A DNA stretch of 64,000 nt. It comes from Octopus vulgaris. Its lineage: Eukaryota. The translations under genes and the position numbers were made by a program. Position 1 is the stretch's first letter. Every line of letters starts with the position of its first letter. Location: the NCBI GenBank assembly GCA_951406725.2, contig OX597834.1, positions 19,406,001 through 19,470,000 on the forward strand. The letters run 5' to 3'. Below, one piece after another: positions 1 through 13,038 of this stretch. Under the pieces are notes generated by a model. The model ran no database searches, was not told where the DNA came from, and saw only the letters and a program-made list of their open reading frames with translations.

Positions 1-448
1 CATGTATGTGTTTGTGTGTGTATGTGTGTGTGAGCATGTATGTGTTTGTGTGTGTATGTGTGTGTGTGCATGTATGTGTGTGTGTGCGTGCTTGTATGTG
101 TTTGTGTGTGTATATGTGTGTGTGTGTGCTTGTTGTGCACTTCAGAGAAAACACTTCATTCCATGCAATAAAATTGAACCAAAAACAAACAAACGATGTT
201 TTCTTTCTCTTGTTGACTTTATGGCTATCCATGGAAAGCAACAATAACAACAGCAACAAAAAACAAATACACAGATATATATATAAAAAAAAAAAAGCTA
301 TTGATTCTTACTTCTATTTTTTCCCCCATGTCTATATATTCAAACCTTTCCATTATATCTCAAATCATCCAAACACCAATGGAGTTTTGGGAATCTGGGA
401 TTGTTCTTTGCAAGACCAGAAATAAATTTTGAAAGATTGAAAAATATA

Positions 449-860
449 AGGAGTGGCTGTGTGGTAAGTAGCTTGCTAACCAACCACATGGTTCCGGGTT
501 CAGTTCCACTGCATGGCACCTTGGGCAGGTGTCTTCTGCTATAGCCCCGGGCCGACCAATGCCTTGTGAGTGGATTTGGTAGACGGAAACTGAAAGAAGC
601 CTGTCGTATATATGTATATATATGTATGTGTGTGTATGTGTGTGTGTTTGTGTATGTGTGTTTGTCCCCCTAGCTTTGCTTGACAACCGATGCTGGTGTG
701 TTTACGTCCCCGTCACTTAGCGGTTCGGCAAAAGAGACCGATAGAATAAGTACTGGGCTTACAAAGAATAAGTCCCGGGGTCGATTTGCTCGACTAAAGG
801 TGGTGCTCCAGCATGGCCACAGTCAAATAACTGAAACAAGTAAAAGAGTAAAAGAGAGAG
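449..860 (+). mobile_element. tRNA-derived SINE, family A (CORE-like segment, internal (TA)/(TG) microsatellite, (GTAAAAGA)n-like tail), near full length
   Basis: A-box-like TGGCTGTGTGG, B-box-like GGTTCAGTTCC, CORE-like CACCTTGGGCAGGTGTCTT; many homologous copies in this window. Confidence 0.85.
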
Positions 861-1169
861 AGTTAGCAAAAATCTGTAAAAAAAATTTTCCGGTCAGAAT
901 CCCAGAGAAAATGTTTGTGTTTCTTAACTCCTGTTGATCTTTATATTTATAGAAATTTGTCGTGGTATTATTTTATTTGTGAAGTAACAGAATTGGGGAT
1001 AATCATGGAGTTTTGCTCATTGATACAATATTGCAATCATATTTCTGTTATTTTACTAATTAGCCCCTCCAATCTTACTAATGGCTAATTTTATGATTCT
1101 GCATTGAGGCTTAGGCTTCTTTTCAGTGACACCTTCATTACTAAAAGATCTACACTGAGAATTATATTT

Positions 1170-1392
1170 ATTTCCTTACTACCCACAAGGGGCTAAACAC
1201 AGAGGGGACAAACAAGGACAGACAAATGAATTAAGTCGATTACATCGACCCCAGTGTGTAACTGGTACTTAATTTATCGACCCCAAAAGGATGAAAGGCA
1301 AAGTCAACCTCGGCGGAATTTGAACTCAGAACGTAACGACAGATGAAATATGGCTACGCATTTTGCCCGGCGTGCTAACGTTTCTGCCAGCT
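1170..1392 (-). mobile_element. SINE family B (Meta-domain-like GCCTTTCATCCTTTCGGGGTCGATAAA)
   Basis: Reverse complement of the copy at 2291-2514; B box GAGTTCAAATTCC. Confidence 0.85.
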
Positions 1393-1429
1393 TGACAGAC
1401 TGTATCTCTGTGGATGGTTGAAGATTTTC

Positions 1430-1578
1430 ATGATTGTGTGGTAAGAAGCTTGTTTCCCAACCACTTGGTTCTAGATTCGGTGCCACTGTGTGGCACTTTG
1501 GGCAAGTGTCTTCTACTATGGCCTCGAGCAGACCAAAGCCTTGTGAGTGGATTTGGGAGACAGAAACTGGAAGAAGCC

Positions 1579-1630
<52 letters not shown>

Positions 1631-1858
1631 ACATGTGTGTGTGTGTGTGTGTGTGTCTTTGTGTCTGTGTTTGTTCCCCACCACTGCTTGACAACCGGTG
1701 TTGGTGTGTTTACATCCCCATAACTTGATGGCTTGGCAAAAAGAGTCTGATAGAGCAAGTACCAGGCTTAAAATAATAATAAAGAGTGGGGTCGATTCAC
1801 GTGACTAATTCTCTTCAAGGCGGTGCCCCAGCATGGTCACAATCTAAAGATAAAAGAA
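1430..1858 (+). mobile_element. SINE family A, diverged copy
   Basis: Colinear with 449-860, including the internal microsatellite. Confidence 0.8.
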
Positions 1859-2290
1859 CCACATGGTTCCTCTGGGTGGCAATTTGATCACACACATTCT
1901 GCTATGGCCCTAGGCCAACCCAAACCTGGCTGATTGCTTTAGAAGTTCACTTTGTAAACATACGATACAGACTTTGATTTCACAGCCATCTTGGACAAGT
2001 ATCTTTGCTATCACTTCGAGTTCAATTTAGCTTTAGGAATGAAAATAAGTGGAAACTGAGAGAAGCCCTATTGGAGAGATTGTTCCTGTAATTCAGAGGC
2101 CCAGATTTGCAAATCTGGGTCAAGCTGATTTCTACTTGAGATATTCATTAAGGTTACATCTCTTTGGAATACTCAGCCACTTTGCTCACTAATTCAGTGT
2201 AATATTTGTGCTCAGTTGATACAGCAGCTGTTTATACATTCGTCAAAACCAGTGAGAGAATCCATTGTCATTTAGGTATGTATGTATATA

Positions 2291-2514
2291 AGGCGGCGAG
2301 CTAGCAGAATCGTTAGCACGTCGGGCGAAATGCTTAGCTGCCGTTACGTTGTGAGTTCAAATTCCGCCGAGGTCGACTTTGCCTTTCATCCTTTCGGGGG
2401 TCGATAAATTAAGTACCAGTTAAGCACTGGGGTCGATATAATCGACTTAATACCTATGTCTGTCCATGTTTGTCTCCTCTATGTTTAGCCCCTTGTGGGT
2501 AATAAAGAAATAGG
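2291..2514 (+). mobile_element. SINE family B, full-length monomer
   Basis: GGCGGCGAGCTAGCAGAA head, B box, Meta-like body, AAAGAAATAGG 3' end. Confidence 0.85.
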
Positions 2515-2554
2515 TATGTATGTATATAAGTATGTATGGATGCATGTATGCATG

Positions 2555-3092
2555 TGTATGTGTGTGGTGTGGTATGTCCATATGTATACATGCATGTATG
2601 TTTGTATGCATGTGTATGTATTGATGTGTGCATGTATGTATGTACATGTGTGTGGTGTGGTATGTCCATATGTATACATGCATGTATGTTTGTATGCATG
2701 TGTATGTATTGATGTGTGCATGTATGTATGTACATGTGTGTGGTGGGGTATGTCCATATGTATACATGCATGTATGTATGTATGCATGTGTATGTATTGA
2801 TGTGTGCATGTATGTATGTACATGTGTGTGGTGGGGTATGTCCATATGTATACATGCATGTATGTTTGTATGCATGTGTATGTATTGATGTGTGCATGTA
2901 TGTATGTACATGTGTGTGGTGGGGTATGTCCATATGTATACATGCATGTATGTTTGTATGCATGTGTATGTATTGATGTGTGCATGTATGTATGTACATG
3001 TGTGTGGTGGGGTATGTCCATATGTATACATGCATGTATGTATGTATGCATGTGTATGTATTGATGTGTGCATGTATGTATGTACATGTGTG
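2555..3092. repeat. 88-bp tandem minisatellite (~6 copies) built from TATG/TG microsatellite
   Basis: GGTATGTCCATATGTATACATGC recurs every 88 bp. Confidence 0.9.
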
Positions 3093-3221
3093 TGTTTATA
3101 CACACACACACATGCCAGTGCATGTGCGCTTTCATATTAGTTTATATATATATTTTTTTTTTTTTTTTTTGTTTTTCCAGTTTCAGCTCTTGAGCTGTGG
3201 CCATGCTGGGGCACCGCCATT

Positions 3222-3392
3222 GTGGTGAAAGAGTACAGCAGGGATCACCCCCCCCCCTGCCGGAGCCTCGTAGAGCTTTTTTTTTTAGGTGTTTTCGCTC
3301 AATAAACACACACAACGCCCGGTCTGAGAATCGAAACCGCGATCCTGCGACCGCGAGTCCGCTGCCCTAACCACTAGGCCATTGCGCCTCTA
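3222..3392 (-). mobile_element. SINE family D (tRNA-Arg-like head), 5' part
   Basis: Reverse complement matches 47731-47895. Confidence 0.8.
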
Positions 3393-4087
3393 CAATATAT
3401 ATATATTTTTTTTTTTTTTTTTGCTTTGCTTTCGTCCTCGCTGCTTTGCATCCATTTTCCATGTTTGTGCTGATAGCAATGGTTTATTTGCTTTTAATTT
3501 CCCTTCCCATTATTGCAAAGCACCTTACAACGACTGCGAAGTAGGAAGCGGTACCTGTTTTCCATTCAGTCAAGTAAATTAGAGTGATTATCGTAATACA
3601 CCTTGAATACGGAACAAGGAGATATTAGTCTTCGGCTAACATATGAGAGCGGACGAGAGTAACATATTAAACTTTGGATAATATAAATCACCAAGTTCAG
3701 CTCACACGTAATTGTGTTTCACTATCGCTACCCTCGCTGCTTTACATCGATAATAATGGACATCAATACGACGTGCATTTGTGGCTAAACAATAAAGAAT
3801 AGACAGTCGTATGTTATGACAGGTTATTAGATGTTCTGACATACATCAAAGTTGAAATCGTTAGAAAGGTTTTAATGAGATCATTTCACGTTTCTTAATT
3901 AGCTGTGCATTTATTTGTTCACTCATTCCTACGTTTGTATTTAATGGTTGTTTTCCCCATGCTACTAGTCTGGGTTACAGAAATATGTTGTCGAGGCATT
4001 GCTTTACAGTAGGATGCTTTTCCTGTCACCAACCCTTACCTGGATTTTTTTGGAGTAAAGTATCTCTTATTTATGTCACATGTCTTT

Positions 4088-4326
4088 CATCATCATCATC
4101 ATCGTTTAGCGTCCGCTTTCCATGCTAGCATGGGTTGGATGGTTCAACTGGGGTCTGGGAAGCCAGAAGGTTGCACCAGGCCCAGTCTGATCTGGCAATG
4201 TTTCTACGGCCGGATGCCCTTCCTAACGCCAACCGCTCCGTGAGTGTAGTGAGTGCTTTTTACATGCCGCCAGCACAGGTACCAAACGAGGCTGGCAAAC
4301 GGCCACGATCGGATGGTGCTTTTTAT
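4088..4326 (-). mobile_element. Family C non-autonomous retroelement with (GAT)n tail
   Basis: GTTAGGAAGGGCATCC core and GGACGCTAAACGATGATG tail on the minus strand; many copies in window. Confidence 0.8.
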
Positions 4327-4778
4327 GGGTCTGCTGTAAGCAATAAGTATCTTTTTGGGGGGCCCAGTGGTGGCACCACTTTTGGATCTACTGTAGGCAA
4401 TATGTATCTTTTGTTAGGGGCACGGGGTGGCGATGGGGAGCAAACTGAAGGGCCACCCTGGGCAGCACACACTCTAGCTACACTAGAGTGCCCTTTCTAA
4501 TGTTAACAATTGCACAACATGGACTAGGTGAATTTATTAAGCTGATGACACTACAGATGTTGCCTCTGACAGAACCAAAGAATCCCCCATTGTTCTGTAC
4601 GATATTTTATTCAGACTTATCTCCTTGACAAGTTGTTTTTACTGTGGTTTGTGGAGCCTGTATTTCCTCCATTGTGGAGACGTGTGGCGTAGTGGTTAGG
4701 GTGTTCAGTTCATGATCACAGAGTCATGAGTTCAATTCCTGGCAGTGCATTGTGTCTTTGAGCAAGACACCTTATTTC

Positions 4779-4855
4779 GTACACGGGCATATGGCATAGT
4801 GGTTAAGAGTACAGGCTACTTATCCCAAGATTTCGAGTTTGATTCCAGGCAGTGA

Positions 4856-4902
<47 letters not shown>

Positions 4903-5057
4903 TCAACATCGAAAAATATATTAAGAATGAGAACCCAAGTTTGAAATTTCCCCAAGACATCTGATGAAGGCTGGTGGGTATATCAGCTGAAACGTTGTGT
5001 TAACAACAAACAAGATCAGGACAAATATCTGTCAAATGTAAATAATGTAAATAATGG
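4779..5057 (+). mobile_element. Family E: tRNA-headed SINE-like element with internal (AAT)n and a hammerhead-containing tail
   Basis: A box TGGCATAGTGG, B-box-like GTTTGATTCC; flanked by 10-bp direct repeat ACCTTATTTC (4769-4778 and 5058-5067); second copy at 23241-23544. Confidence 0.8.
4956..5001 (+). ncRNA. Minimal type I hammerhead ribozyme motif (PLE-like)
   Basis: GACAT-CTGATGA-A-GGCTG...CAGCT-GAAAC-GTT-GTGTT: stem I GACAU/GUGUU, stem II GGCUG/CAGCU, palindromic ACGU helix III, GUU site. Confidence 0.65.
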
Positions 5058-5691
5058 ACCTTATTTCACATTGCTTCAGTCCACTCAGCTGGCAAAACGA
5101 GTCGTACCTGTAAGTAAAAGGGCCAACCTTGTCCCATTCTGTGTCACACTGAATCTCCCTGAGAACTACATTAAGGGGATGCTTGTCTGTGGAGTGCTCA
5201 ACCAGTTGCACATTAATTTCAAGAGCCAGCTGCCCCATTGATCGGATCAGCTGGAACCCTTGTCATCATAACTGATGGAGTACCAATTTATTTCCTCCCT
5301 TCCTCTTTATTTGTCTATTTATTTATTTACTTTTAGTTTATTTATTTTTGTTGTGGGTGGGCGTGGCAGCAACAAGGTTTTGATTAAGATCTGAAAAATG
5401 AGGTCCGAACTCAGGTCACTGACTAACCAAATCTATTTTGTGGAGCTTGGCAGTTTCTTTACAAAAGTTCGATGTCCTCCGAGTTATGACGAAGAGATAC
5501 AAGATAAAGTAATTCTGTGAAGAGACTCAAGTCTTTTTCTAAGTACTTTGGTGTTGTCGATGAAGTGAAACCTTCTGCCTCTGTAAATAAGAACTGTATC
5601 AAACTAAATCACAGCTCAGTGGATATTTATCACTCTCACATCGATTGTTTGGTCACCACTAATTCTTTTAAATACAGCCAAAAGAAAACAA

Positions 5692-5860
<169 letters not shown>

Positions 5861-6244
5861 GAATAAAAAGATCCACAAAAGAAATCAAACAAAATACAAA
5901 AACATAAAAAAAAACCTCATATGTTTATGGAGTGAAATGAAAATGTGATGGCGAAAGGTGATGAAATGAAGAGTAAACAGCAGAATGATAACAAAAGCCT
6001 TGTGTTGAAATGAAATAGAAATGTTTACTAAGTAAATGCAAAAAAAAAAATAAATAAAAAGGTACGGGGGAAATATTTGTTGATTGTGGAAGTGTAAAGA
6101 AATGGGTTGATGCTATTATCTCCGGATTGTTCTATGTTTGACCTGTAAAGCAATGGAATGGTAAATAATGGGCATTGCTACTGCTTATTGTTGTTGTTAT
6201 TAGTGTTGTTCTATTCAAATATGCCTCGCTACTAGTCTGGCACA

Positions 6245-6323
6245 ATTATTATCATTATTATTATTATCATTATTATTATTATCATTATTATTATTATTAT
6301 TATTATTGTTATTATTATTATTA

Positions 6324-6363
<40 letters not shown>

Positions 6364-6453
6364 CATTATTATTATTATTATTATTATTGTTACTGTTACG
6401 GTTATTATTATTATTATTATTATTATCATTATTATTATTATTGTTATTGTTAC

Positions 6454-6493
<40 letters not shown>

Positions 6494-6540
6494 GTTATTA
6501 TTATTATTATTATTACTATTGTTGTTGTTGTTGTTGTTAT
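6245..6540. repeat. (ATT)n/(GTT)n imperfect microsatellite
   Basis: Direct reading. Confidence 0.95.
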
Positions 6541-7258
6541 ACAAAGAAGCAGTTGAAGAAATTGGTTTTATATCACTTCAATTGAATTTCCGCTGTGTTG
6601 TTACTGGCAAGATTGGTAACAACATTATTGTGTTTCTTTTGGATTCTTCTTTTATTATTTTTTTGTAAATTTTGATTATATTTTATATCGTATGCTTTAT
6701 CTTTATTATATTTTGTTATTTTTGTAGTAAAAAAAAAGCAACAAAAAAAACAAAAAAAAACCCGGCATTATTAGCGAAAAAGGATTTTTTGTTACTTTCA
6801 GAAGTTAGGTGATAACGTTGAAGAGGCAAAGAAAAATATGTTGTGATTGTGTGGTTAATTTTACTATGATGGGATTTACTGAGATGGAGGCAGTATCGGA
6901 GTAAAAATCAGTATAACCATAGTATTTATGATGGTGTTTACAAATGCATGCGTATGGTGTGACAACATTAATATGTATTTGGTTATAGCACTGGTGGTGG
7001 TAATGGTAATATTGATGGATTTTAGTGAATTTAACTGGCAGTGATATCTCTGATTGATGCTGATTACAATAGACTCACTCTTATGATAGCGATAGTATTG
7101 GTGGTGGTGGTGGTGGTGGTGGTAATGTTAATTTTGGCTCTGATCATGCTAATACTTTCCCACCTTATGTATGTGCTGACAATATTTTAATTGAGTCATC
7201 AGAATTTCTGTTTGATGTCAGCTAAGTCTGAGTTAATAAAATGGAATTGAAAGTGTGC

Positions 7259-7297
<39 letters not shown>

Positions 7298-7934
7298 ACT
7301 GAAATATTGAAGGATGTAGAGACTCCAATTGAAGTGTTAGGTGTGATAATCTTTGAAGTGAATTGATAGGATAGATGTGATGCAAATATGGTGGAGTAAA
7401 GTGGGAAGAACATTTCAGCAAATGGTTCTTTAATACTGGAAATATTAAATTCTTCTGATTTAACTACTCTGATATCCTTTGATAGAACTCATCAGATGAG
7501 ATTGAATACAGCTGTAAGGTCACATCCAGTGTTAAAGAAAAAAAGAACATAACTCTTATTTTGGGACCAGTGGTTCCTAGCCATTTTTATGCCCCACACT
7601 CTTGGGAGATGTTGGTGATGAATTTTTGCATTTCTACAAAAATATCTGCCATTGATTTTACAATTATTTAGAGACATTGAAAATACAATTTCATGCCTTT
7701 TGTAAATGATTGAAATGTTTGGTTAGTATGGTGGTAACCCCCTGCAAAAGGGAACGTAAGTAACGATTACTGTCAAAAAAAGGGTTACTGTATACATACA
7801 TGTCGTGTACTCTGTGTACTCTAATATATTTTGCAAACCTCATATGATTATCAGCTTTGATGATCGGTACACACAGAAGAGAGTACAACACCAACAACAT
7901 CATCATTGTCACCACCACTATCACCATCACCATG

Positions 7935-8236
7935 AGGTAGTGAATTCAATTCCCAGGCCAGGTAGTATATTGTGCTCTTGAGCAAGACACTTTATTTCAT
8001 GTTGCTCCAGTTCACTCAGCTGTAGAAATGAGTTGCGATCTAACTGGTGCCAAGCTGTATCAGCCTTTGCCTTTTCCTTGGGCAACATCAGTGGCACGAA
8101 GAGGGAAGGCAGGTACTCATGGGCAACTACTGGTCTTCTTTAAACAACCTTGCCCAGACTTGTGCCACATAGGGGATCTTCGTAGGTGCAATCCCATGGT
8201 CATTCATGACTGAAGGAGGTCTTTACCCTTTTACCC
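7935..8236 (+). mobile_element. CORE-type SINE with a distinct 3' tail ending in (TTTACC)n
   Basis: B-box remnant, CORE-like CTTGAGCAAGACACTTTATTTCATGTTGCTCCAG shared with 4676 and 48350 copies. Confidence 0.6.
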
Positions 8237-8662
8237 AAGTACTGACACCCCATCCTGGGAACACCCGTTTTAAACTCTTATAGACTTATAGAATCATCAA
8301 AATTTGAACTGGAAACCCTGAAGCCCTAAAGTCATTTTACTGATGTAAAACCAAACCTGAAGTTGCTTATTTTTCTGCTTTTCTCAAACCATTTCTTAAT
8401 TCTTTTGTGCTTAATTATTCTGAGTTTTATATCAACATAGCTGTAACTCTTAGAATAATTAACTTAACCTAGAGTATCATCAATAAACCTGTTTACTGAC
8501 ATCTGTCAATATATCTAGATTTATGGTTTCACTTTTAAAGGGTTTCCCAAAATATGGTTAGATGAAAGCAACGGAAGCACTGAACAAGTGAAAGAGTCAT
8601 CATCATCATCATCATCATCGTTTAACGTCCGTTTTTCCATGCTAGCATGGTTTAACAGCGAA

Positions 8663-9020
8663 GGCGACGAGCTGGCAGACACGTTAGTGCACCGGGTGAA
8701 ATGCTTAGCGGTATTTCGTGTCGTTACGTTCTGAGTTCAAATTCCACTGAGGTCGACTTTGCCTTTCATCCTTTCAGGGTCGATAAATAAAGTAACAGTT
8801 TTGCAGTGGGGTCGATGTAATCGACTTAATCCCTTTGTCTGTCCTTGTTTGTTCCCTCTGTGTTTAGCCCCTTGTGGGTAATAAAGAAATAGGTATTTCG
8901 TGTCGTTACATTCTGAGTTCAAATTCCGCTGAGGTCGACTTTGCTTTTCATCCTTTCGGGATCGATAAATAAAGTACCAGTTTCGCATTGCGGTTGATGT
9001 AATTGACTTAATCCCTTTGT
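8663..9020 (+). mobile_element. SINE family B head-to-tail dimer (second unit 3'-truncated)
   Basis: Junction AAAGAAATAGG/TATTTCG at ~8883-8900; body repeated. Confidence 0.85.
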
Positions 9021-9170
9021 TGAATCTACGTAAAGCAGCTGGGCAAGGACTCCAAGGGCACCTGAGAAGACCTACTACCTGTAATGATGGATTGAACAGG
9101 CTGGAGAGAATGGGTCGGGCAATTCATGCAATAAGCACAACAGGATGATGATGATGATGATGATGATGAC
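9021..9170 (+). mobile_element. RTE-like LINE 3' end relic with (GAT)n tail
   Basis: Broken translation YVKQLGKDS..EDLLPVMMD.TGWREWV resembles RTE C-termini and the 60368 relic. Confidence 0.5.
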
Positions 9171-9417
9171 AACTGTTGTTACTAATGCTGCTCTCGGTGC
9201 CAGTATTGGCTTGGAAATAATGGAATGGCAGAATCGGTAGAGCATCATTCAACTGACTTGGAATATTTCTTTGAGTTCTTTACATTCTGAGATGTGCTAT
9301 ACTACACAGTACTGTAAGAAGATTTGAAATTAAGGCATGCAAGATTTCACAGCTCTAGCATCACTCCTTCTTAGTCAGACTATGAACTTTTCAGCCCTCC
9401 CTCGTACATATAGATAT

Positions 9418-9680
9418 ACTTGCTTCTTGCTTGTTTCCTCATCTTGCTTGCTGGGGCTGGGGTCATCCCTAGTTAGTGGTCCTACAGATGTCACCATGCA
9501 TAGCGCTGACTCGGTCCACCAGTGTCCTCTATTGCTGATGATTCTGTGCCAGCCCCTCGGCATCTCCCATGGTGATGCTGAACCTCTGGAGAACTTCCTT
9601 AATCATGTCCAGCCACCTAGCATGGGGCCTGCCATGAACCTTCTTCCAGCCCCCAGCTGCTGTATCAAATGAGAGAAAAC
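9418..9680 (-). mobile_element. RTE-like LINE 3' end relic with CAAG-type tail
   Basis: Minus-strand translation KVHGRPHARWLDMIKEVL..AEGLAQNHQQ.RTLV fits the RTE GRP..RW.D..AQ.R..WR motif. Confidence 0.6.
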
Positions 9681-9711
9681 CCTTGTGTATGTATATATAT
9701 ATATATATATA

Positions 9712-10094
9712 TTTACTCTTTTACTCTATTTGTTTCAGTCATTTGACAGTGGCCATGCTGGAGCATTGCCTTTTAGTCGAACAAATCGACCCCAGGACTT
9801 ATTCTTTGTAAGCTTAGTACTTATTCTATTGGTCTCTTTTGTCGAACCGCTAAGTTACAGGGCACGTAAACACACCAGCATCGGTTGTCAATTGACAGTG
9901 GGGGGGGACAAACACACACACTCACACACATATATACGACAGGCTTCTTTCAGTCTCCCTCTACCAAATCCACTTACAAGTCTTTGGTCAGCCTGAGGCT
10001 ACAGTAGAAGACACTTGTCCAAGGTGCCACAGAGTGGGACTGAATATGGAACCATGTGGTTGGGAAGCAAGCAACTTACCACACAGCCACTCCT
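9712..10094 (-). mobile_element. SINE family A
   Basis: Reverse complement of 449-860. Confidence 0.85.
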
Positions 10095-10253
10095 GATATA
10101 TATAAAAAAATTTTGTCTTCCACACATACAAACTTGTCCTTTTAGGTGCAAAAAAAGCACCTGTTCTGGTGTTGCATAAAGGGATCTGTGCCAGTGGCAC
10201 CCAAAACATGACATCCATTCAGCCATCTGTCTATCCATATACAGTAAAATATG

Positions 10254-10458
10254 TTCTTTTCTACTCCAGGCACAAGGCCTGAGATTTTTGGGGAGGGGCC
10301 AGTCAATTAGATCAACTCCAGTAAGGAATTGGTATGTAATTTATCATCCCTGAAGGCGTAGTTGACCGTGGCAGAATTTGAACTCAGAACGTAAAGACAG
10401 ATGAAATACTGCTAAGCATTTCACCTGGCATGCTAACGTTTCTGCCAGCTCACTGCCT
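10254..10458 (-). mobile_element. SINE family B variant with GGCCTTGTGCC..AGTAGAAAAG tail
   Basis: Family B head and body with an alternative 3' tail, also seen at 41450 and 43910. Confidence 0.7.
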
Positions 10459-11081
10459 TATACAGTGTTATATATAATGCATTGACTTCCTTCTCATTGC
10501 GGTGGATGTATTTTATGAATGATATTGCTGATTAATAAGTTATTAGATATCGTTTCTATTCAAATTAGACAATAAGCAGTGCCAACCTGTGCTTGAAAAA
10601 TGTGTCACACACACGTGTGTACATCTATGAATAAATGCCATACATACACATAGACACATACGCACACATACACACACACACACACACATCAATTTTCCTC
10701 ATGTAGTGCAGAAAAATAATGAATTGTCTTCATAGTATACTAAATAATTATTACTGAACGATTCCTAATGCTTTGTTAATTTAGGTGTCAAATGCGAGTG
10801 TTTTTTTTTTTTCCTCACTAGCTTTTGTTAATAAAATAATCCTCTCTAAGGTAATAATTAAACAATTAGTAAATTATAAATGGTAAACATTGTTAGAGGT
10901 TAATCAGAAGCGTTGTTGGTGAATTTAATGGAAGTAGCTTCAGAATTAATAGGTCATAGGTTTATAATAAGCAAAATGGTATTAACGACAAGTCTTTTAT
11001 TGATCATTTCTTCTTCTTCTTCTTCTTCTCCTCCGCCTCTTCCCCCTCCTCACTTCCTCACCCTCTCCTCCCATCCCCATA

Positions 11082-11117
<36 letters not shown>

Positions 11118-11652
11118 GAGTGAGAGAGAGCAGCACATACCATCAAAGTGGTACTGGGGTACAAATATACAAAGCCTAAAACACCCATCATGTGATGCAT
11201 GTACACCAGGCACATGCATCTCCCACATATATGTATGCAGCATAGTAATCTTATAACACGATAAACAGTGCATGACCTTGCAGGTGGGGACCAGTTAGAA
11301 TTTTTTTCAGGTCAAGTAGCCCATCCTGCTCAAAAGGTCCCTGAATAAGGGTTGTTTAAGGATGTTCAGCGAAACATCCATTTTTCCAGAGGTGAATTAT
11401 TCAAACCCCAAAGAATCCCTCTCAACACATGGCTATGATGTCCCCCACTACTACTGTACATGATCAGAGATGCACATATTGTCAGCCACTAAGGGACATG
11501 GTCAACTGGTTAAGGTCAAACAACTGACAAGCAAATCTGTGGTATTGAGCAGAATATTTACTGTAGCCCATCTTTTATACCATGACAAAACAATGTACAT
11601 GATAACACTTCCAATCAGTTAAGATCAGAAGTCAGAATATTTGCTGTAGCCC
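11082..11652 (-). mobile_element. Unclassified interspersed repeat, probably a non-LTR 3' portion ending in (TAA)n
   Basis: Higher-complexity block abutting an (ATT)n tract; single copy here, so the call is tentative. Confidence 0.3.
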
Positions 11653-12041
11653 CATTATAATCATCATCATCATCATTTGACAAAAGCACAAATGAATCTC
11701 AGTATTTAAATCTTTCTCCCCCTCTCTCTCTCTGTCTCTTTCTTGCATTGAAATTTTGCTTGCATTGAAATTTTGCTGGGTAAGATATTTGAAATATCTC
11801 TTTGCACTCAATGAAATATTGTACCAGCACGACCATATTGAAGTCAATTCATTTGATTGTTACAGTCTTCTACTAATTGGTTACCACATACTAACCAAAC
11901 ATCGCATTGCTGTTAATTCCTTTATTACACTTCTATGAGAATGAATATTTTGGCACAGATGACGACAAAGCATCATTATATGAAGCAGCCATTCCGAAAG
12001 ACTTCAAGGATGCTAGAAAGGCTGTCAACTTATTAGCTATA

Positions 12042-12042
<1 letters not shown>

Positions 12043-12093
<51 letters not shown>

Positions 12094-12275
12094 GCACACA
12101 TATACATATACACATACACACATACACACACACGTGCACACATATACATACACACATACACACACATACACACACATACACACGCGCATACATATACATA
12201 CACACACATACACACGCACACACATTTACATACACACACACATACACACACACATACACACACACACACTACACA
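12043..12275. repeat. (CA)n/(CATA)n compound microsatellite
   Basis: Direct reading. Confidence 0.95.
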
Positions 12276-12554
12276 GTAGCCTCTCTGATGTTATGGGGGT
12301 TGTCAGAATGCTTCAGTGATACGAGATTAATGGGAACATGAATCTACTGTGCCTATATCTTGTGGTCGCATGTTGCACCTTCCAGAACACGTTTTGGAGT
12401 TGGTGTGTGTTTGTTTATATAAATTATGTGAGTTTAGGGGGATATATATTATCTGGATGGATACTGTGGTAGCTCTCAGTTATGTTCCAGGTTATGGCTA
12501 ACTGTATCAATTAGCATTTACTAATCCCCATATTGTTTATCATTATAATTATTG

Positions 12555-13038
<484 letters not shown>

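Larger units (their letters stand above)
4676..5285 (+). mobile_element. tRNA/CORE-type SINE interrupted by a family E element
   Basis: tRNA head 4676-4745, CORE-like GTGTCTTTGAGCAAGACAC, resumes after ~5068; its 3' tail is shared with 47925-48112. Confidence 0.8.

Noticed and set aside
11745-12040. Coding-like stretch (FYENEYFGTDDDKASLYEAAIPKDFKDARK)
   Set aside because: No recognisable family and no clear splice structure; probably a decayed transposase but unassignable
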